This document shows, in pieces, positions 1-6,417 of a stretch of 6,417 bases of DNA. Within the stretch, counting starts at the first letter, position 1. The number at the start of each line of letters is the position of its first letter. A program made the position numbers and the translations under genes. The DNA comes from a virus (Duplodnaviria > Heunggongvirae > Uroviricota > Caudoviricetes): the IMG/VR virus record IMGVR_UViG_2706794662_000009; one strand, given 5' to 3'. The notes under the pieces were generated by a model that was not told the origin of the DNA, searched no databases, and saw only the letters and a program-made list of their open reading frames with translations.

Positions 1-86
1 CTCCAATGACTAGTCTAAAAACTAGTATTAAGACTATCACTTATTTAAGTGATACTGGTTGTCTGGAGATTCAGGGGGCCAGTCTA
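1..86 (-). mobile_element. Terminal 86 bp of an IS2 element (left end, IRL, adjacent to the insC/orfA start); element body extends leftward out of the window
   Basis: Positions 1-86 are, from my recall, the reverse complement of the IS2 left end (TAGACTGGCCCCCTGAATCTCCAGACAACCAATATCACTTAAATAAGTGATAGTCTTAATACTAGTTTTTAGACTAGTCATTGGAG), with one apparent mismatch near position 55. In IS2 the insC start follows a few bp beyond the last matching base, so it would lie just outside the window. Not verified by alignment. Confidence 0.75.
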
Positions 87-235
87 CCACCCCTGATGTC
101 AGGTAGGAAAACACCATATGTTTCTGCTCTGTTTTTCCTTAGAAATAGGCATCCTTGCTGGAACAAAGCGAGCAGCTATATTGACTCTATGTTGTGAGTG
201 TGTTGATCCGTTCTGAGTTAATACATTTAAGTTGC

Positions 236-1345
236 TCACTCTGTTTCTGCTATCCATTCCGGGATTTTTGCCTCAAGCTCAAGCTGCGTGGTAAAGCCGC
301 TGTTATCAATGGTGTGCTCGGCTTTTGCAATAATCCAGTCCTGATTATCAATCTCGCTTTTAAATCCTGTTACCGTGCCATGCATTTCGGGGTAGAGTTC
401 TGCACGTCCATGCGCCAGTGTGATGGAGAATGATGCGGCTCCGCGTTGTAGCTGCTGCCACTTTGCCGCCGCTGCACGTCTTGCTGCCTGCTCGTTCTGA
501 TAAGTTTTGCGTAACACAAACACGTTGCCTTCCGCACCTTCCATATAGTCGCCTTCCCGGCTGCTGCTTTTCTCCTTTTTTGGTTTTGACGGTTTGCGGC
601 GTTTCACGCTGACTTTTTTCTTTTTCCCGTAATTAAGATCAAGCCAGTAAGCGCGTACCCCCGTATACGCTTCGCGGTCAGCAATGCGGAACTGATGGCG
701 ATCGCCGCTGCTGCGTGTGATGGCGAACGAGGGCAACGGCTGGCCCTGTGCGTTCACGCCACCACCGGGCATGATGAATAACAGATTACCGCTTTTTACC
801 GTGGTGATTGCGCCCAGCATTTCCGCCATGCGCGTAAGGAAGGACATGTCGCTTTCTTCGGTCTGGTCGGCGTGGTCGATTTCGATATCCATCAGCATTT
901 CGCTGATTTGCGGTTTCAGACCATACCGATGAGCGATGGCGGATACCACACGCTCAACGGTCACATCATGCCAGGACACCTCACGTTTAACGTTAAATTC
1001 AGCCCGAAAATCTGCGCTTCTGGCTGAAACAGTCAGCCTGTCCGGCGGTCCTTCGTGAGCGATTTCATCAACAATGTAAGTGCCTTTTTCTGTCAGCGGT
1101 TCTCCCTTCCAGCCAATGAGAACCGTCAGGCGCGCGCCCCGTGGCGGTAGCTGCAACTGACCATCCGCATCATCCAGCGTGATGGTGAGCTGGTCCGCCT
1201 CAAATCCCCGGTTGTCGGTCAGTGACAGGCTCATCAGGCGCTCTGCCACGCCTGACAGCGTTTTACCCTCCGCGAGAATATCAAAATCCGGCATTTTCAC
1301 GGGGTCTGTGCCCTGACTGAGCAATTGCATGGTGGTGTCGGTCAT
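236..1345 (-). CDS. D: Phage tail protein D (P2 gpD / late control gene D family)
   Basis: Minus-strand ORF whose product (MTDTTMQLLSQGTDPVKMPDFDILAEGK...SLSLTDNRGFEADQLTITLDDADG...EGDYMEGAEGNVF...GFTTQLELEAK) resembles P2 gpD as I recall it, including a lysine-rich linker (KKKKVSVKRRKPSKPKKEK). Start chosen at the ATG at 1345, which follows GGGAGGGAG on the minus strand. The longer 413-aa ORF (start 1477) has a Pro/Ser/Thr/Arg-rich N-extension with no RBS. Stop TGA at 238-236. Confidence 0.88.
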   Translation of the reverse strand: MTDTTMQLLSQGTDPVKMPDFDILAEGKTLSGVAERLMSLSLTDNRGFEADQLTITLDDADGQLQLPPRGARLTVLIGWKGEPLTEKGTYIVDEIAHEGPPDRLTVSARSADFRAEFNVKREVSWHDVTVERVVSAIAHRYGLKPQISEMLMDIEIDHADQTEESDMSFLTRMAEMLGAITTVKSGNLLFIMPGGGVNAQGQPLPSFAITRSSGDRHQFRIADREAYTGVRAYWLDLNYGKKKKVSVKRRKPSKPKKEKSSSREGDYMEGAEGNVFVLRKTYQNEQAARRAAAAKWQQLQRGAASFSITLAHGRAELYPEMHGTVTGFKSEIDNQDWIIAKAEHTIDNSGFTTQLELEAKIPEWIAETE

Positions 1346-1502
1346 CTGCTCCCTCCCTGTGTGGCATGGTCGCATGTGCGTGCGGAGGGGGTTACTGCTT
1401 TTTGTTGTCGCCGTGGCGGGAGAATGGCGCAGGGGTGAGATTACGCGCGTGGTGGGTGATGATTGTTGCCGAATCATTTAACGGATACAAGGGGTTGAAG
1501 CT
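1346..1502. promoter_or_regulatory. Divergent intergenic region between D (leftward) and FI (rightward); presumed to contain promoters for both
   Basis: 157-bp non-coding spacer between two divergently oriented start codons. Contains the dyad ATGATT-N7-AATCAT (1459-1477), about 25-45 bp upstream of the FI ATG. No TGT-N12-ACA (P2 Ogr-type activator site) found by eye. No -10/-35 elements assigned. Confidence 0.3.
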
Positions 1503-2687
1503 ATGAGTGAAACTCGTTTTCATGGTGCCCGTGTTACGGAAAATACCGACCTGGTAACAGCGATTAACGATGTTGATTCCAGCGTTATCGGTATCGTGGC
1601 AACGGCGGATGATGCGGACGCGGAGCTGTTCCCGCTGAACAAGCCCACACTGCTGCCCCGCGTCAATGACGTGCTGGGAAAATGCGGAACAACGGGGACG
1701 CTTTATCGTGCGCTTAAGGCCATCGCAGACCAGGTGAGCACAAAGGTGATCGTCGTTCGCGTGGCTGAACACAAAGAAGAAGACGGAAAAACGCAGGATC
1801 AACTGGTTATCGGTGGTTCTGAATCTGACGGCAGCTATACGGGGATGTATGCGCTGCTTGTTGCAGAGCAGGATGAAAGCATCGGATACCGTCCGCGTAT
1901 TCTGGCCGCGCCGGAGCTGGACACGGAGGCGGTGACAAAATCCCTGTGCGTGATTGCGGGTAAACTGCGCGCGTTTGTGTATGCCTCATGTCATGACTGT
2001 AACACGATGGCTGAGGCAATTACCTACCGCCAGAAATTCAACGAACGTGAGGTGATGCTCTTATGGCCGGACTTCATCGCCTACAACCCGAAAAGTGGCA
2101 AAAACGAAACGTTCCCCGCGCCTGCCTATGCGTGCGGCCTTCGTGCGTACATTGACCATGAGCAGGGCTGGCACAAATCGCTGTCCAACGTTCCGGTTAA
2201 AAATGTGCTGGGGATGTCCAGGCATGTGTTCTGGTCGTTGCAGGCCGAAGACAGTGATGCCAACAGCCTCAACAACAAAGAAATCACGACCATTATTCGT
2301 CGCAACGGGTTCCGCTTCTGGGGCAACCGCACACCGGAAACGAACGCCTACATCTTTGAGGTGTATACCCGAACCGCACAGGTGCTGGCTGATTCAATTG
2401 CGGAAGCGCAGTTTGAAACCATCGACAGTCCACTGACGCCTGCGAACGTGAAGGATGTTATCGGTGCCATCAGGGCAAAACTGGATTCACTGGTTACTGC
2501 CGGGAAACTGATTGGGGCGTCGTGCTGGTATGACGTGGTGGATAACGGCACCACGAATTTACGTCAGGGGCGCGTGCGTATTCGCTACAAATATACGCCT
2601 GTTCCCCCGCTGGAAGACATGGAGCTTTACCAGTCGTTTACTGATGAATTCTTTGGTCCCGCATTTGCGGTGCTGGGAGGTGCCTGA
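1503..2687 (+). CDS. FI: Contractile tail sheath protein (P2 gpFI family)
   Basis: 394-aa ORF. Motifs such as DADAELFPLNKP, KLRAFVY, WPDF, EQGWHKSLSNV, IRRNGFRFWGNRT, YTRTAQV and YKYTPVPPLE match my recollection of P2 FI and other sheath proteins. AAGGGG RBS 8 nt upstream of the ATG. Stop TGA overlaps the FII start. Confidence 0.92.
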   Translation: MSETRFHGARVTENTDLVTAINDVDSSVIGIVATADDADAELFPLNKPTLLPRVNDVLGKCGTTGTLYRALKAIADQVSTKVIVVRVAEHKEEDGKTQDQLVIGGSESDGSYTGMYALLVAEQDESIGYRPRILAAPELDTEAVTKSLCVIAGKLRAFVYASCHDCNTMAEAITYRQKFNEREVMLLWPDFIAYNPKSGKNETFPAPAYACGLRAYIDHEQGWHKSLSNVPVKNVLGMSRHVFWSLQAEDSDANSLNNKEITTIIRRNGFRFWGNRTPETNAYIFEVYTRTAQVLADSIAEAQFETIDSPLTPANVKDVIGAIRAKLDSLVTAGKLIGASCWYDVVDNGTTNLRQGRVRIRYKYTPVPPLEDMELYQSFTDEFFGPAFAVLGGA

Positions 2688-3199
2688 TGGCTGTACCAAA
2701 ACATCTTCGCTTTTTTACGCTGTTTGTGGATGGTGAAAACGAAGTGGGTAAGGTGACGTCCGTCACTCTGCCTAAGCTGACGCGCAAAACCGACAGCTAC
2801 CGGGGTGGTGGCATGATGGGAGCGGTAAGTATTGATCTCGGCCTGGATGACTCCGCGCTTGATGCGAGCTTTGTCATGGGGGGCGCAGTTCGTGAGCTGT
2901 TCCTTAAGTATGGCGGCACGATTGACGGTACGCTGCTGCGTTTTGCGGGTGAATACTACACCGACGCTGAAAGCGACCTGTATGAAGTCGAAATGCGCGG
3001 ACGTGTGACGGAAATTGATATGGGGGAAGCCAAACAGGGCGAAGCCACATCACACACTTACGCCATTAAAAACACCTACTACAAGCTGAGTGTTAACGAT
3101 CGCCCGTTGTGGGAGATTGACCTGCTGAACTTCATTTACCGGAAGGACGGCAGGGACATTGTGCCCGATCGCATCCGTTCCGCGCTCGGGCTTGGCTGA
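2687..3199 (+). CDS. FII: Tail tube protein (P2 gpFII family)
   Basis: 170-aa ORF immediately after the sheath gene, with ATGA start/stop overlap. Product resembles P2 FII (VTLPKLTRK..YRGGGM..DLGLDD..RFAG..VEMRGR..KQGE). GGGAGGTG RBS upstream. Size and position are typical for a tube gene. Confidence 0.88.
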   Translation: MAVPKHLRFFTLFVDGENEVGKVTSVTLPKLTRKTDSYRGGGMMGAVSIDLGLDDSALDASFVMGGAVRELFLKYGGTIDGTLLRFAGEYYTDAESDLYEVEMRGRVTEIDMGEAKQGEATSHTYAIKNTYYKLSVNDRPLWEIDLLNFIYRKDGRDIVPDRIRSALGLG

Positions 3200-3253
3200 T
3201 AAGTAATATGCAGGCGGCGCAGTGCGTCGCCTCTGACTGAAAGGAGTTTCCTG

Positions 3254-3579
3254 ATGAAAGAGACGAAAAACATCGATACCGAAAACACGGTCGTTGCTGA
3301 CACTGTGAAAGAAACCAGTGAGCGTGGCGTAAAACTTACCCAACCAATTGAGCGAGGCGGCGAAAAAATCACGTATGTGGAGATCACCGGGGCTATTGAG
3401 CAGGCTGGATCTCTGCGAGATTTGTCGCTGTCTGATGTGCTGAATTTGAAAGCGGAATCCATGTTTACGCTGCTGTCACGCGTGACATCACCGCGACTGG
3501 ATGAAGTGACGATCAAAAAAATGGCATCCCGTGACTTTATTCAGTTATGTGTGGTTGCCGTAAATTTTTTGAGCGGTGC
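3254..3579 (+). CDS. E: Tail assembly chaperone E (P2 gpE family), 3' end lost in the assembly gap; encodes the E/E' frameshift site
   Basis: ORF starts at ATG 3254 with AAAGGAG RBS (3241-3247). It sits between tube and tape measure, the conserved position of the chaperone pair. Contains the slippery heptamer T-TTT-TTG at 3565-3571 in the correct phase. Sequence similarity to P2 E is weak from memory; the call rests mainly on synteny and the frameshift motif. Confidence 0.72.
3565..3571 (+). other. Putative programmed -1 ribosomal frameshift site (T TTT TTG) producing the E' extension
   Basis: In the E reading frame the codons are AAT TTT TTG, giving the heptamer T_TTT_TTG, the slippery sequence described for P2 E/E' and analogous to lambda G/GT. 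The -1 frame is open up to the gap. Confidence 0.6.
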
Positions 3580-3839
3580 NNNNNNNNNNNNNNNNNNNNN
3601 NNNNNNNNNNNNNNNNNNNNNNNNNNNNNNNNNNNNNNNNNNNNNNNNNNNNNNNNNNNNNNNNNNNNNNNNNNNNNNNNNNNNNNNNNNNNNNNNNNNN
3701 NNNNNNNNNNNNNNNNNNNNNNNNNNNNNNNNNNNNNNNNNNNNNNNNNNNNNNNNNNNNNNNNNNNNNNNNNNNNNNNNNNNNNNNNNNNNNNNNNNNN
3801 NNNNNNNNNNNNNNNNNNNNNNNNNNNNNNNNNNNNNNN
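3580..3839. other. Assembly gap or masked sequence (260 N)
   Basis: Uninterrupted run of N. Gap length may be an estimate, so reading-frame continuity across it is unreliable. Confidence 0.99.
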
Positions 3840-3840
3840 C

Positions 3841-6300
3841 CTGATGGGGCAGTTTGGTGACTCCATCCAGCGAACGCAGGGGGCGATCAAAAATCTCGAG
3901 CGTCAGGCGCGTTCATTTGAGCGCGCCCGTGACGCTGTCAGTAAAGCGGATGCGGGCATCGTGAAAGCACGACGCCAGCTTAACGCCCTTAATCAGTTAC
4001 AACGCACGGGTACAGTGCTCAGCGAAAAACAACAAAAGCTGATGCAGCAGTTAAGCACCCGGCTTGAACGCCTGAATGAATCGCGCACACGGGAAATTCA
4101 GAAAATGCGGGAACTTGGCGGAGAGCTGAAACGCCACGGCATTTCCCTGACAGGCAGCGATAACACCATCCAGCAGGCCATCAGACGCACCGGACAATAC
4201 AACAACCAGCTTGAACGCGAACGGCGGGCGCTTGCGCGTGTAACGCAGGCGCGTGAGCGGTATTCACGCGCGCAGGAAACAGCGGGAAAACTGAAAACAG
4301 GTGGTGCGCTGGCAACAGGTGCGGCGGCAGCGGGCGGCTATGCTGCCGGGCGTTTTTTGCAGCCCGCTATCGGGTTCGGGAAAGAGATGTCCCGTGTTCA
4401 GGCACTGACGCGAATCGATAAAAACAGCCCGCAGTTTAAGGCGCTGCGTGAGCAGGCGTTAAAACTTGGCTCTGAAACGCAGTTCACCGCAGGCGATGCC
4501 GCCAGTGGACAGGCATTTCTTGCAATGGCTGGTTTCACACCGCAGGCCATTCAGGCTGCGCTTCCCGGCGTGCTGAGCATGGCAACGGCTGGCGGTATGG
4601 ACCTCGGCGAGACGGCGGATATTGGTTCCAATATCCTGACGCAGTTCGGCCTCTCTGCTGACCAGATGGACCGGGTCGGTGACACACTTACCGCAGCGTT
4701 TACCCGTACCAACACTGACCTTCGCGCACTGGGCGAAACCATGAAATATGCAGGTCCGGTGGCGGGTAAGCTGGGAATATCGCTGGAGCAGGCCGCAGCG
4801 ATGGCGGGCGTGCTGGCGAAGATGGGTATCAGGGGGAGTGATGCAGGTACAGCGTTGCGTAAAAGCCTGGCCAATCTGTCATCACCGCCAAAGGCAGCGG
4901 CAGAAGCACTGAAAGAGCTGGGGGTGTCAGTTGCTGACGCCAAAGGCAAAATGCGCCCGATGGAGAATGTGCTGGCCGATCTCTATAAAGCCACCCGCAA
5001 ATACGGGGAGGTTGACCGGGTATCGTTCTTTAAGGACATTGCCGGAGAAGAGGCTTTCACATCATTTATGGGCCTCGTTGATGCGGCAGGTGACGGCTTC
5101 TTAGCCAAACTGAGAAAAGAACTTGAAGGCGCGCGCGGTGAGGCAGAACGCACGGCAAAGGTTATGGCCAATAACCTTGATGGCAACCTGAAATCACTCG
5201 GCAGTGCATGGGAAGGTCTGCGTATTCGCATCAGTGATCTGGTTGACGGTCCGCTGCGTTCTGTCACGCAGTGGCTCACGCGGGTTGTCTCAAAGGTGAC
5301 GGCGCTGGCGCAGGCCCACCCGGCACTGACGCGCCAGTTACTGATAGCGGGAGGCGCACTGCTGGCGACAACAGCAACGGTTGGTTCGTTGTCTCTGGTT
5401 ATTGGGGTGCTTCACGGGAAGCTGGCTACGTTGCGTCTCGGTTTTTCTCTCCTGACCGAATCAATGAATGTTGTCAGGGTTCTGCCTGCATTATGGGGAA
5501 TGGTGACGGGTTCCGTTTCTTTACTTGGTGGCGCTATCGGGGCGCTGTTCAGTCCGGTTAGTCTTATCGTGGCTGCGCTTGCCGGAGCTGCCGTTCTTAT
5601 CTGGAAATACTGGGATCCCATCAGGGCATTTTTTGCCGGGGTGTTCAGCGGGATTATGGAAAGGCTGACCCCGTTGCGCGAAACCTTTGAACGGTTTGGC
5701 CCTGTTTTTGATGTCGTGCGCGATGGGATTATTCAGGTCTTTAACTGGTTTAAATCGCTGCTGTCACCGATGGAGTCCAGCAAGGAAACGCTGGATAAAT
5801 GTGCCAGTGCTGGCGAGATATTCGGTAACGTTCTTGGCGGTGCGTTACAACTTGTTCTGACACCTGCAAAAATGCTACTGGATACGCTGGCGTGGATACT
5901 TGAAAAACTTGGCGTCCTTCCGGATGAAGCGGAAAGGGCGCGCAAGAAAATCGAAGACGCACAGCGTGCGGCCATTCTTCAGGACAAGGTTGCCTTGCTT
6001 CAGGGGGACCTGGCGAAAATCAATCCGCCGAAGCCTGTGGAAAATGGCAATGGCACCGGAGGTGATAAACCCAAAGACAACAAACCGCTCACAGACAGCA
6101 ATACCGGGACGCTACGCAGACTCAGCAAAATTGCTGATAACACAGGTAAGCTGGTTGATGAGACGAAAAAACGCATTGGCCCCGGCGATATTGTCTTTAA
6201 GAACCTGCCCCGCGCACTTGCTGTTCGTGGGGAGTGGCAGGAGCGGAAGATTGCGCAGGTCAGTAAGCCTGCCCCCGCAATTAATATCACACTGAGGTAG
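3841..6300 (+). CDS. T: Tail tape measure protein (P2 gpT family), 5' end in gap; 3' end runs into an IS element and is probably truncated
   Basis: About 820 visible codons. N-terminal part is charged and helical (Q/R/E/L-rich), followed by a Gly/Ala-rich region and hydrophobic segments (about 5320-5600), then a C-terminal region, all typical of tape measure proteins. Located after FI-FII-E as in P2. Start is either inside the gap or at ATG 3844. The last two codons and the TAG stop (6293-6300) lie within the inferred IS terminus. Confidence 0.88.
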   Translation: MMGQFGDSIQRTQGAIKNLERQARSFERARDAVSKADAGIVKARRQLNALNQLQRTGTVLSEKQQKLMQQLSTRLERLNESRTREIQKMRELGGELKRHGISLTGSDNTIQQAIRRTGQYNNQLERERRALARVTQARERYSRAQETAGKLKTGGALATGAAAAGGYAAGRFLQPAIGFGKEMSRVQALTRIDKNSPQFKALREQALKLGSETQFTAGDAASGQAFLAMAGFTPQAIQAALPGVLSMATAGGMDLGETADIGSNILTQFGLSADQMDRVGDTLTAAFTRTNTDLRALGETMKYAGPVAGKLGISLEQAAAMAGVLAKMGIRGSDAGTALRKSLANLSSPPKAAAEALKELGVSVADAKGKMRPMENVLADLYKATRKYGEVDRVSFFKDIAGEEAFTSFMGLVDAAGDGFLAKLRKELEGARGEAERTAKVMANNLDGNLKSLGSAWEGLRIRISDLVDGPLRSVTQWLTRVVSKVTALAQAHPALTRQLLIAGGALLATTATVGSLSLVIGVLHGKLATLRLGFSLLTESMNVVRVLPALWGMVTGSVSLLGGAIGALFSPVSLIVAALAGAAVLIWKYWDPIRAFFAGVFSGIMERLTPLRETFERFGPVFDVVRDGIIQVFNWFKSLLSPMESSKETLDKCASAGEIFGNVLGGALQLVLTPAKMLLDTLAWILEKLGVLPDEAERARKKIEDAQRAAILQDKVALLQGDLAKINPPKPVENGNGTGGDKPKDNKPLTDSNTGTLRRLSKIADNTGKLVDETKKRIGPGDIVFKNLPRALAVRGEWQERKIAQVSKPAPAINITLR

Positions 6301-6417
6301 CCTGAGTTTAACGGACACTCCTTCCTGAAATAGAATGGCATCAGAAGGAGCTAATAATGAGCAGAAAAACCCAACGTTACTCTAAAGAGTTCAAAGCCGA
6401 AGCTGTCAGAACGGTTC
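6293..6417 (+). mobile_element. Left end of an IS3-family insertion sequence (IS600-like), extending rightward out of the window
   Basis: Begins TGAGGTAGCCTGAGTTTAACGGACAC, which has the TG start and a GGACAC block at the same offset as the IS3 terminal repeat as I recall it. An orfA start follows 64 bp inside, the usual spacing for IS3-family elements. Exact boundary is uncertain by a few bp. Confidence 0.75.
6357..6417 (+). CDS. IS3-family transposase OrfA (helix-turn-helix N-terminal protein), 5' fragment; continues beyond the window
   Basis: Translation MSRKTQRYSKEFKAEAVRTV matches my recollection of the IS600 OrfA N-terminus. GGAG RBS at 6344-6347. Confidence 0.8.
   Translation, partial: MSRKTQRYSKEFKAEAVRTV

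Noticed and set aside
35-54. Perfect palindrome TATCACTTA-TT-TAAGTGATA, operator-like
   Set aside because: It lies within the recalled IS2 left-end sequence (the insC promoter/terminal region), so it belongs to the IS rather than being a new regulatory site of the phage module.
71-96. Inverted repeat TCAGGGG-N12-CCCCTGA that could be read as a terminator hairpin after D
   Set aside because: The left arm lies inside the IS2 terminal sequence and the right arm in the flank, so it spans the insertion boundary. There is no U-tract on either strand. More likely a coincidence or a trace of IS2 target preference than a functional terminator.
6-197. 63-aa plus-strand ORF
   Set aside because: It overlaps the IS2 terminal sequence and the AT-rich spacer, has no recognisable RBS and its product has no recognisable similarity; likely spurious.
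717-932. 71-aa plus-strand ORF antisense to D
   Set aside because: Low-complexity product (ISISISISL); antisense to a confidently assigned gene.
1346-1477. N-terminal extension of the D ORF to the ATG at 1477 (413-aa version)
   Set aside because: The extension is Pro/Ser/Thr/Arg-rich and lacks an RBS, whereas the ATG at 1345 has a strong GGGAGGGAG upstream and gives a protein that starts where P2 D homologs start.
1392-1802. 136-aa minus-strand ORF overlapping the FI start and the intergenic region
   Set aside because: It is antisense to the well-supported sheath gene and its product has no recognisable similarity to anything; typical spurious ORF.
2095-2554. Alternative-frame ORFs within the sheath gene (113 aa on plus; two of 68 aa on minus)
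   Set aside because: Embedded in or antisense to FI, Arg/Cys/Thr-rich products typical of off-frame translation.
4551-5279. Minus-strand ORFs of 132 and 98 aa inside the tape measure gene
   Set aside because: Ala/Ser/Pro/Arg-rich antisense translations of a GC-rich coding region; no start context. The other short antisense ORFs at 5412-5621, 5733-5975, 6000-6341 and 6112-6318 are rejected on the same grounds.
3547-6300. 917-aa ORF spanning the gap (start MCGCRKFFERC)
   Set aside because: It fuses the -1 frame of the chaperone gene to the tape measure through 260 N. It is not a real single gene; the true E' and T boundaries are unknown.
1-6417. CRISPR arrays, tRNA/rRNA genes, toxin-antitoxin or defence-system signatures
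   Set aside because: No regularly spaced direct repeats, no cloverleaf-like conserved RNA segments, and every long ORF is explained by tail structural genes or IS sequence. The window gives no sequence support for a novel system beyond the rearranged prophage remnant.

Overview
This window holds a fragment of a P2-like (contractile-tail) prophage tail module, bounded on both sides by insertion sequences. From left to right: the terminal 86 bp of an IS2 copy (body lies left of the window); a 149-bp spacer; a tail protein D homolog on the minus strand (236-1345); a 157-bp divergent intergenic region; then a plus-strand co-directional block of tail sheath FI (1503-2687), tail tube FII (2687-3199), tail chaperone E (3254 into the gap, with a T-TTT-TTG -1 frameshift site at 3565-3571) and tape measure T (3841-6300). 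A 260-nt run of N (3580-3839) hides the E stop, the E' extension and the T start. The T reading frame runs straight into the left end of an IS3-family element (IS600-like, from about 6293), whose orfA begins at 6357. All protein and IS identifications are from my own recall of P2 and IS sequences, not from a database search. I see no CRISPR array, tRNA or rRNA, and no convincing evidence of a novel defence or toxin system. The points worth a second look are structural: the tape measure appears truncated by the IS, gene U is absent, D is inverted relative to the P2 order, and the whole fragment is an IS-bounded, probably non-functional remnant. The IS2/IS600 combination suggests an IS-rich enterobacterial host of the E. 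coli/Shigella type (inference).
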